A DNA stretch of 64,000 nt, from the NCBI GenBank assembly GCA_038843015.1, contig JAWBSH010000003.1, forward strand, positions 69,343 through 133,342, read 5' to 3'. The stretch is from Zestosphaera sp. Lineage in GTDB: Archaea; Thermoproteota; Thermoprotei_A; Sulfolobales; NBVN01. Position numbers and translations under genes: made by a program. The notes beneath the pieces are model-generated. The model searched no databases and was not told where the DNA came from. It worked only from the letters and a program-made list of their open reading frames with translations. The number at the start of each line of letters is the position of its first letter. The stretch's first letter is position 1. Positions 18,147 to 24,943 of the stretch are shown here, in pieces.

Positions 18147-18893
18147 TTGAGTTCCGTAGTGATTAGGAAGTTTCTTGATACTGTTTCCGAGACTCTTGAA
18201 GTAATAGACTTGCGGGGCCAGATAGAAGTCTCTCCTGTTTTTATGGTGATGTCCTTCATTGTTATCGTATTGACTTCTTTCTCTACAAGCTTGTACGTAA
18301 TAATCCTCACGTTAGTTACTTCACTCGCTATACTCGCTATCACGCGTGACTCAAGGAACTACTTAAGAAAACTTTCTTCAGCTCTCGTTTACGTGTTTCT
18401 GTTTTCTTTAGTAGCCCTAACACCATTCTTAACCGAAGACTTCGGGGTCCTCTACTTCTTCTACGTGCTTAGAGCTACTAGCACGACTAGCTTCTTACTA
18501 ATCACGACTACAGTCTTAGGTTGGGAGAGACTGAGTGAGTTTATGAGGAGGCTTAAGTTGTCTGACGCAGCATTAGCCTTAATGATGCACATTAAGACAA
18601 TCTCTGTTTTACTTCGTGACACCTCAAAAATACTCTTAAGTAGGGAAGCAAGGCTAGTTAAGAATAGTGGTGTAAGGAACTTACCAACATACGCTACCGT
18701 GATAGGGGACCTCATAATCCGAAGTAGTGAAAGGAGTAAGAGAACTCTCCTAGCTATAGAAGCTAGAACATTCGGCAAAGCCTCTGACGGATTAAGTTCC
18801 CACAAACCCTTCAAACTCTCAAAACTAGACATGCTAGTTTCTCTAGTAGCGTTTGTTGAGCTCTTAATATGCTTATGGGGTGAGGCGCCTTAG
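18147..18893 (+). CDS. cbiQ: ECF transporter transmembrane (T) component
   Basis: 248 aa hydrophobic protein between the M/N and ATPase genes. It has a C-terminal Arg-rich cytoplasmic helix region (ERSKRTLLAIEARTF) as in CbiQ/EcfT. Confidence 0.7.
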   Translation: MSSVVIRKFLDTVSETLEVIDLRGQIEVSPVFMVMSFIVIVLTSFSTSLYVIILTLVTSLAILAITRDSRNYLRKLSSALVYVFLFSLVALTPFLTEDFGVLYFFYVLRATSTTSFLLITTTVLGWERLSEFMRRLKLSDAALALMMHIKTISVLLRDTSKILLSREARLVKNSGVRNLPTYATVIGDLIIRSSERSKRTLLAIEARTFGKASDGLSSHKPFKLSKLDMLVSLVAFVELLICLWGEAP

Positions 18894-18916
18894 TAGTTAA
18901 GCTACAGCTAAAAAAC

Positions 18917-19549
18917 GTGTGGTTCAGGTATTCTAGAGAAGAAGACTACATTTTAAGAGGTGTAGAGTTAGACCTAAACAATTCAGAACTCGTAGTGGTT
19001 AGAGGACCTAACGGCTCAGGCAAGACTACCTTAATCTTAGTAGCGGCCGGACTCTTAAGACCTGAAACCGGGGAAGTCTTACTAGAAGGCAAGCCAATAT
19101 ACGAGCAACTACCGCTAGCTAGGAGGAAGATAGGCGTGACTTTCCAAGACCCAGACGACCAATTCTTTAACGCTACCGTCTATGATGAAGTGGCTTTCGC
19201 GCTAAGACAACTCAAGATCAGTGAGTATGATGTAAGGACACACGTTACTAAAATTGCTCGCAAGCTAGGTATAGAACACTTACTGGGTAAACTACCCTAT
19301 AGATTGAGTGGTGGGGAAAAAGTTAAGGTAGCTCTAGCTTCAATCCTAGTATACGAGCCTGAAATACTACTACTAGATGAGCCGACCGCGTACTTAACAC
19401 CTGAAAACAAGGATGAGGTGATGAAGATTCTTAGAGAGCTTAAGGAGAGCGGGAAGTCCATCCTCATAGCCACGAATGACCCGCAAATCACTGAATATTC
19501 AGTAGATAAGACATTGAGAATAGTTAACGGTAAATTAGTTGCTGAGTGA
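18917..19549 (+). CDS. cbiO: ECF transporter ATPase
   Basis: Walker A GPNGSGKTT, signature LSGGEKVKVALA, Walker B ILLLDEPTAYL. The start is uncertain (see findings). Confidence 0.85.
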   Translation: MWFRYSREEDYILRGVELDLNNSELVVVRGPNGSGKTTLILVAAGLLRPETGEVLLEGKPIYEQLPLARRKIGVTFQDPDDQFFNATVYDEVAFALRQLKISEYDVRTHVTKIARKLGIEHLLGKLPYRLSGGEKVKVALASILVYEPEILLLDEPTAYLTPENKDEVMKILRELKESGKSILIATNDPQITEYSVDKTLRIVNGKLVAE

Positions 19550-19559
19550 ATTACTTCTC

Positions 19560-19800
19560 AACAGCTTGTTCTTCTCCCGCTTCACCTGCGAGAGCGCGTC
19601 TCCAGCGGTTGCCCGTGGTTCACTCGCCTCTCTGCGGCGAAGCAGGATGCACCTAGAGTCCCTCCTCGCCAAGCTCATCGAGTTCATCCCTACATCAAGA
19701 CCATGATTTACAAGGATTTATAAGCTTCCAAATAACCCAAATAAACACCAAAAAGAAAACAGCTCGTTTAAAGAACTACATACTTCACGACTTAATCAAA
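19560..19800 (+). repeat. G+C-rich intergenic segment, possible degenerate relative of the 627/23399 element
   Basis: CTCGCC..CATCGAGTTCATCCCTACATC resembles CTCGCC..CATCGGGTTCAT[TACTGTGGGGAAAC]CCCCACATC of copy B with the hairpin arm deleted. The tail CACCAAAAAGAAAACAGCTCG resembles CACGAAACCCAAAACAGAC. About 63 percent G+C over 19561..19680. Confidence 0.3.
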
Positions 19801-19841
19801 TCATGATTAAAAATGTTTCTTAGTATGTTATAACAAAAAGC

Positions 19842-20507
19842 TTAACTGGATTCTGTCGTGCTTTTTGCCTGTTCCGAGATAGCGGTAGGTATTGAGGGCA
19901 GTGCTGGGAAGGCTTCCTTCATTCTCTGCTCCGCAACTACCTTGGCTTCTTCAAGTATCTTCCTTGCGTCTGGTGTCGCGTACATGCTCACGCCGCCAAC
20001 ACCTATCATCTCGCCAGCCTCCATTACGGTTTCCTGCAGGATGTCTTGTATCTCACCTAGCTCTATACCTATCTCAGGCAACGTGTTCTTTATCGCTTCT
20101 CTCACGTCTTTAACTACTCCTACTACGGGACCTAAGTAAGCAGCTATCTCACCGATCTCCCTTATTGACTCGATCCTCAAGCCTATCTGTTCTAGAGCAA
20201 CCTGAACTAGGAAGAGGCTCTTAGCGACTTTCCTTAGTTCAGCTACTTCGTTGGCATACATCACTGCTCTAGTCTGGTCTTTAGATATTAAGGCGTCAAC
20301 AACTTTCTCAAAGAGCTCCTTATCTCTAGCTTTAAGCCTGTCTAAGTAGACCTCAAGCCTCCTAGTCATGGAGTTTAGCTTGTAGTGAGCCATAGCAAGC
20401 CTGTACCTCAACGGCTTCTCCTTAACGAACAGCTCCTTAATATGGTCGCCCACACTCTTATCCTTCCCCTTCCAGGACTTCTCAAACTCCTTGAAGTTCG
20501 AACCCAA
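19842..20507 (-). CDS. ESCRT-III/Snf7-family protein (CdvB paralog)
   Basis: 221 aa, all-helical, with a basic N-terminal half and an acidic C-terminal half. The pattern RLEVYLDRLKARDKELFEKVVDAL...AVMYANEVAELRK...LEQIGLRIESI is typical of crenarchaeal CdvB-like proteins. Confidence 0.55.
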   Translation of the reverse strand: MGSNFKEFEKSWKGKDKSVGDHIKELFVKEKPLRYRLAMAHYKLNSMTRRLEVYLDRLKARDKELFEKVVDALISKDQTRAVMYANEVAELRKVAKSLFLVQVALEQIGLRIESIREIGEIAAYLGPVVGVVKDVREAIKNTLPEIGIELGEIQDILQETVMEAGEMIGVGGVSMYATPDARKILEEAKVVAEQRMKEAFPALPSIPTAISEQAKSTTESS

Positions 20508-20599
20508 GTATACTTCACCAAAGAACGTCTTAAGACTAAGAAATACTTTTAAAGTATCAGGCTCTTTTCATACTCAGAGACCTGTAGAGATGAAGGTGT

Positions 20600-21607
20600 A
20601 TGGGGTCTAATCACTTCCTGAAAGAATACCTTGACTGGACTCAATTAATTGAAGAAGTTGAAAGGGTAGAGCCTCTCAATACCGTGTCTTTGAGTGAAGG
20701 CATTAAGGGCCTCCTCATAGTAGGGATGGGAGGTTCCGGAATAGTTGGAGACGTAATATATTCACTCTCTTCTGAGATTCTTGAAATACCTGTAACGCTA
20801 GTCAAGGACTATCAGGTTCCTAAGTGGGTTGGTAAGAATTGGCTAGCAGTAGCTGTGAGTTACTCGGGTGATACTGTCGAGACTCTCACGTGCCTCAACG
20901 AAGTTATTCGTAGGGGGGCTCAAGCAGCTGTAGTAGCTTCAGGCGGCGAGATGATTAAGCTCGCTAAAGAAAAGAAGCTCCCATACATCGTAGTGCCTTC
21001 TGGCAGGACACCGAGGTCTTCGTTCCCGGCACTCCTGCTAGCAACTGCCAAGTTACTCAAGAGTCTCGGAATAGATTTAGGCGTGCCGCGAGGAAAGCAA
21101 CTAACAGAATTTCTTAGGCGTGAGGACACATCAAGACTAGGTTATGAGTTAGCTGAGAAGTTACTAGATAAGATTCCAGTATTTGCGAGTTCGGTTAAGT
21201 ACTATCCCCTAGCTTTGAGAGCTAAGGACGAGTTTAATGAAAACGCTAAAGTACCTGCTAAGGTCGAGACTTACCCCGAGGGGTTTCACAACGATATAGT
21301 CGGTTGGGAAGCGTGGTTTGGGTCTTTCAGCGTGGTTCTCTTTAAAGAAAGCAATAATATAATCCTAGAATTCCTTAGAGAGACTCTATTGAGTGCTGGC
21401 CTGGAAGTAATAACTTACGAATTGAGTAATGCTTACGTGGAGGAAATAATAAAGTGGTCGCAGGTAGTAGGCATCGCTTCAGTTGCAGTAGCGATGAAGC
21501 GCGGTCTAAATCCTAAAGAGACTAAACATATACGTGAGTATAAAGAGTTTATCAAGCAAAACATATCAGTTACTTTATTGAACTATCAGAAAGATGAGCA
21601 AGTATAG
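20600..21607 (+). CDS. Bifunctional phosphoglucose/phosphomannose isomerase (SIS domain)
   Basis: GMGGSGIVGD and AVSYSGDTVETL SIS motifs. The ~330 aa size matches crenarchaeal PGI/PMI. Confidence 0.7.
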   Translation: MGSNHFLKEYLDWTQLIEEVERVEPLNTVSLSEGIKGLLIVGMGGSGIVGDVIYSLSSEILEIPVTLVKDYQVPKWVGKNWLAVAVSYSGDTVETLTCLNEVIRRGAQAAVVASGGEMIKLAKEKKLPYIVVPSGRTPRSSFPALLLATAKLLKSLGIDLGVPRGKQLTEFLRREDTSRLGYELAEKLLDKIPVFASSVKYYPLALRAKDEFNENAKVPAKVETYPEGFHNDIVGWEAWFGSFSVVLFKESNNIILEFLRETLLSAGLEVITYELSNAYVEEIIKWSQVVGIASVAVAMKRGLNPKETKHIREYKEFIKQNISVTLLNYQKDEQV

Positions 21608-21674
21608 TGAGTTAAAAACCTAACTATCGTTTAGAGTAATGCTTATTTAACTCTTTAACATTTTATAAGTTGAG

Positions 21675-22244
21675 GTGAATTTGTTGACTGAGTTACGTCC
21701 GCTAGTTAAGGAAGCTTTACTATCCGCGTACGCCGGAGAATCCATGGCTCAATCAAGGTATAGAGCTTTCGAAGAAGTAGCTGAGAGAGAAGGATTTAAG
21801 AACGTAGCTAGGCTATTCAGAGCTATAGCATTTGCTGAGCAAGTACACGCACGTAATCACTTAAAGAGGATGGCTTCCGTAATGTCTGATCAGAAAGCCT
21901 GTGGTGGTGCACCGATAGGACTTGGTAGCACATCACAAAACCTCAATCTAGCGATAATGGGTGAGGAGTTCGAAGTAAGTGAGATGTACCCCACGTACGT
22001 AGCGATAGCGGAATTCTATGGCGACGAGGCAGCAAAGCGAACTTTCAGGTGGGCGTTAGAAGCCGAGAGGATACACGCTGAATTATACAAGAAAGCTAAA
22101 GAGCACGTAGATAAGGGCGAAGACATGCCTTTAGAGGGTAAGGTGTGGATATGTCCAGTGTGCGGGCACACACATGTAGGTCTTGAAGCGCCGGAGAAGT
22201 GCCCCGTCTGTGGAGTTACCCGAGATAAGTATGTTGGTTTTTAA
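21675..22244 (+). CDS. Rubrerythrin
   Basis: Diiron ExxH motifs (EQVHARNH, EAERIHAELY) and a C-terminal rubredoxin-like CPVCGH...CPVCG. Confidence 0.85.
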   Translation: MNLLTELRPLVKEALLSAYAGESMAQSRYRAFEEVAEREGFKNVARLFRAIAFAEQVHARNHLKRMASVMSDQKACGGAPIGLGSTSQNLNLAIMGEEFEVSEMYPTYVAIAEFYGDEAAKRTFRWALEAERIHAELYKKAKEHVDKGEDMPLEGKVWICPVCGHTHVGLEAPEKCPVCGVTRDKYVGF

Positions 22245-22307
22245 ACACGAATTCTTAAGTAGTTAGTTAAGGTCTACGTAATTAACTTATTACTCTCGTT
22301 ACTATTT

Positions 22308-23108
22308 TTGGTAAGGTTCGGCGAGATGCTACTAGCTAATTGGAGACTCGTTAAGGAGCTCTTAGAAACAGTTGATGTTGCTCTAGAGGTAGTTGATGTT
22401 AGAGACCCCTTAAGTACTAGAAGCAAGAGATTCGAGAGACTCTGTAGTGGGTTAGGGATCAAGTATGTGGTAGTGTTGAATAAATCGGACCTCGTGCCGC
22501 GTGACGTGGTACGTGCTTGGATTAAGTATTTCGAAGAAGTTGAGGGTATGAGGGCAGTGCCTATCTCGGCTCAGAAGAGGCTAGGTACACTCAAGTTGAG
22601 AAAGATTATTAGGAGACTTAGTGACAAAAAGCCGTTAATAGTGGGAGTTTTCGGCATGCCTAAAGTAGGCAAGTCAACGCTCATCAACACTTGGGCAGGC
22701 AGACACGCAGCCAGAACGTCCCCCTATCCCGGAACACCTGGTTACACTAAGAAAGCCCAGCTATTTAACGTGGGCGGCGGAGTCTACCTACTTGATACTC
22801 CAGGGATAATACCTGTTGAAGGAGACGAGATAGAAGTGACTATAAGAATGAATCCAATAGATACTATAAAAAATCCAGTCGCTACAGCAGTAGGTTTGAT
22901 AAAGAGAATAGCATCTCACAACCCCAAAGCATTTAGAGAGGCTTACGGAATTGACAGTTCTGACCCTGACATCATATTACGGGAGCTGGCCTTCAAAAGA
23001 GGGTGGGTCTATAAGAGTGATAAAGAACCAGTAATTACTGAATCAGCAAAGCTGATTATTAGAGACTACCTAGACGGGAAAATAAGATTTTACGTCTTAC
23101 CCCCATAG
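22308..23108 (+). CDS. Circularly permuted GTPase (YlqF/RbgA-like ribosome biogenesis GTPase)
   Basis: G4 NKSDL precedes G1 GMPKVGKST and G3 DTPG, which is the permuted order. The likely true start is the ATG at 22326 (MLLANWRLV). Confidence 0.75.
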   Translation: MVRFGEMLLANWRLVKELLETVDVALEVVDVRDPLSTRSKRFERLCSGLGIKYVVVLNKSDLVPRDVVRAWIKYFEEVEGMRAVPISAQKRLGTLKLRKIIRRLSDKKPLIVGVFGMPKVGKSTLINTWAGRHAARTSPYPGTPGYTKKAQLFNVGGGVYLLDTPGIIPVEGDEIEVTIRMNPIDTIKNPVATAVGLIKRIASHNPKAFREAYGIDSSDPDIILRELAFKRGWVYKSDKEPVITESAKLIIRDYLDGKIRFYVLPP

Positions 23109-23149
23109 AATTTGAGTTCAGACCTCATGTTAGTTGATGTGGCTAGTTG

Positions 23150-23300
23150 TCAACCCTCAGTATCACAGGCCTTAGACCTCCGTTTCCCGTCCTAGGTTTT
23201 TCTAGGACGGGTTGTGCCTCTACCCCGCGGTTCACCGTGGCTACTAGCCACTCCACGCGGAGGTCATGGACACCCTTCAAGCCCAACGGCAAGGGACTCA
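23150..23300. ncRNA. G+C-rich multi-hairpin segment, candidate small structured RNA
   Basis: 10-bp hairpin CCCGTCCTAG/CTAGGACGGG (23187..23212). 6-bp hairpin GTGGCT-ACT-AGCCAC (23238..23252). Both are enclosed by GACCTCCG (23176..23183) pairing with CGGAGGTC (23259..23266). The only ORF here (23147..23329) is low-complexity and implausible. Confidence 0.3.
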
Positions 23301-23398
23301 CATCTAGTTCTATCTTTAGGGTAGCTTGAAGTATCTCTCATCATCATGAAAAAATCCTACAAAACCTTTATGAACCTAACACACTAAAACAGTTGCGA

Positions 23399-23603
23399 AC
23401 CCTTTCATCATAGGTCTTGTCATCATCCTCCACTCGTTCGGGGCAACCCACGGCTCGCCCTCATAGATTTCATCGGGTTCATTACTGTGGGGAAACCCCC
23501 ACATCCTGGCTTTAGACGCCCCACCTACTCAAGTCTTCACTACTTACCCATACTGTAGGCAGACTCAATCAAGCCTCCACGAAACCCAAAACAGACACAC
23601 GAG
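23399..23603 (+). repeat. Copy B of the dispersed intergenic element (partner at 627..860)
   Basis: See copy A. The core is at 23473..23542. It is shorter than A because about 25-30 nt before the shared CACGAAACCC tail are missing. Confidence 0.7.
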
Positions 23604-23674
23604 GTGTTGCTTACAACCCGAAAGCCTTGTCCTTTTAGGGCGGGGAGGAGGTCAGGTTAACCGGAATAAGTAGT

Positions 23675-24943
23675 TTAGCCTTCAACTATCTTCAGTATAG
23701 TGTCTTTGTCTAATGTGCTTACTGTCAGGTACCTCTCGCTCAGCATCTTTAAGTCTTTGTTGTCTCCTTGTATCATGACTGAAAATAGTCTAGCGTTTGC
23801 TTGCTTTAGTTTTCTTCTTAGGGTTGTCACAGATAGGGTGTCTTCACCGTCTGTTATGACTACTATATCGGAGTCTCTCTTTATTAAGCCACTACAGATT
23901 ATGTCGTCGCAGGCAGTAGTTATAGCCTTAGTTATGTCTGTTCCTCCGCCACTCTTAACCCTGGCTAAATTTCTTATGAGATTCAAGAACTCAGAAAAGC
24001 TTGCTTTCCTAGAAATTCTTATTAAATCGTGTGGAGCTCCATCAAAAAACCTTAAGTAAAACTCACGTACCTCTCTCCTAGACTTTATGAGTAAAGCTAT
24101 AGCTGTTGCTTTAGCCCACTCTATCTTCTCTCCCTCCATACTGCCAGACTTATCCGTAAGTAGGTAGAGAGGACCCAAGGACTTACTGATCTTCTTGTCG
24201 TAGAGCAAGAGCTTAGACTCGGCATAACTTAATAAGAGGTACTTACGAGGAAGTGCCAGCTGCGCGGGGACTAGTCTCTCCAAGTCACTACCTAAGTCAT
24301 AACCGTTAAATTCGCCTCTATTGAATTTCTCATATTTTTTCCTAGTTTTCTTGACGACGTCGGGCACTAGTGAAAGAACCTCTAGAATTTTGCTGACGTC
24401 AGTCATTCTAGCAAGCCTTAAAACCTTCTCAGCATCCTCTTCTAAATCAAACTCGCTCCCAACACCTGGCTGAATCCCTGTCGTGTAGAGGCGCTCAAGC
24501 TTCTTCATAGTCTCGACTTCTCGCGTCACGCTCTTTAAAGATTCTCTCAGCACAGACTTCAGAATCTCGTTTTGAGATCCTCTTAACTCCTTCACATCAA
24601 TTAGTTCTTTCTTATCTTCAAGTAATTCGATAAAGTACTGGAGTATAGCGATTGTCGTGAGTGTAGATATGAAAGAGTCTAGTATTGTATGTTTCTTAAT
24701 TTCCAGCAACTCTCTAGACTCGTTCAAAGCCTTGACTAGACTGTAGTGTAAGTTGCTTGCCTCAGGACTCTCGCTTACTAAGGCGTGAGGCAAGTAGAGA
24801 GTATAGAAGAAGTCTGTAGCTAGTTCAGTAGTAATAAATTCTTTTTTCAGTCCTAGCTTGGATGAGAGCTTGATTATTTTCTCTCCCCTGTACCTAATTA
24901 CTGGGTCTTCATAATCAACTCCTAGCAGAAAACCTCTACTCAA
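23675..24943 (-). CDS. vWA-domain protein (ViaA-like partner of the AAA+ ATPase)
   Basis: C-terminal vWA domain with the MIDAS motif LLTDKSGSMEG. The ~230 aa helical N-terminal region has no motif I recognise. The start overlaps the upstream ATPase gene by 8 nt. Confidence 0.75.
   Translation of the reverse strand: MSRGFLLGVDYEDPVIRYRGEKIIKLSSKLGLKKEFITTELATDFFYTLYLPHALVSESPEASNLHYSLVKALNESRELLEIKKHTILDSFISTLTTIAILQYFIELLEDKKELIDVKELRGSQNEILKSVLRESLKSVTREVETMKKLERLYTTGIQPGVGSEFDLEEDAEKVLRLARMTDVSKILEVLSLVPDVVKKTRKKYEKFNRGEFNGYDLGSDLERLVPAQLALPRKYLLLSYAESKLLLYDKKISKSLGPLYLLTDKSGSMEGEKIEWAKATAIALLIKSRREVREFYLRFFDGAPHDLIRISRKASFSEFLNLIRNLARVKSGGGTDITKAITTACDDIICSGLIKRDSDIVVITDGEDTLSVTTLRRKLKQANARLFSVMIQGDNKDLKMLSERYLTVSTLDKDTILKIVEG

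Noticed and set aside
23147-23329. 60-aa plus-strand ORF (TTG start)
   Set aside because: It coincides exactly with the G+C-rich nested hairpins. The product is proline/arginine/threonine-rich with no motif, so an RNA or repeat interpretation is preferred.
627-23603. Interpreting the two direct repeat copies as the ends (att/LTR-like) of a ~23 kb integrated element
   Set aside because: The interval contains core housekeeping genes (mre11/rad50/herA/nurA, hydrogenase, cbiMNQO, PGI, tRNA-Val) and no integrase or viral/plasmid genes. Weaker related copies also exist elsewhere.
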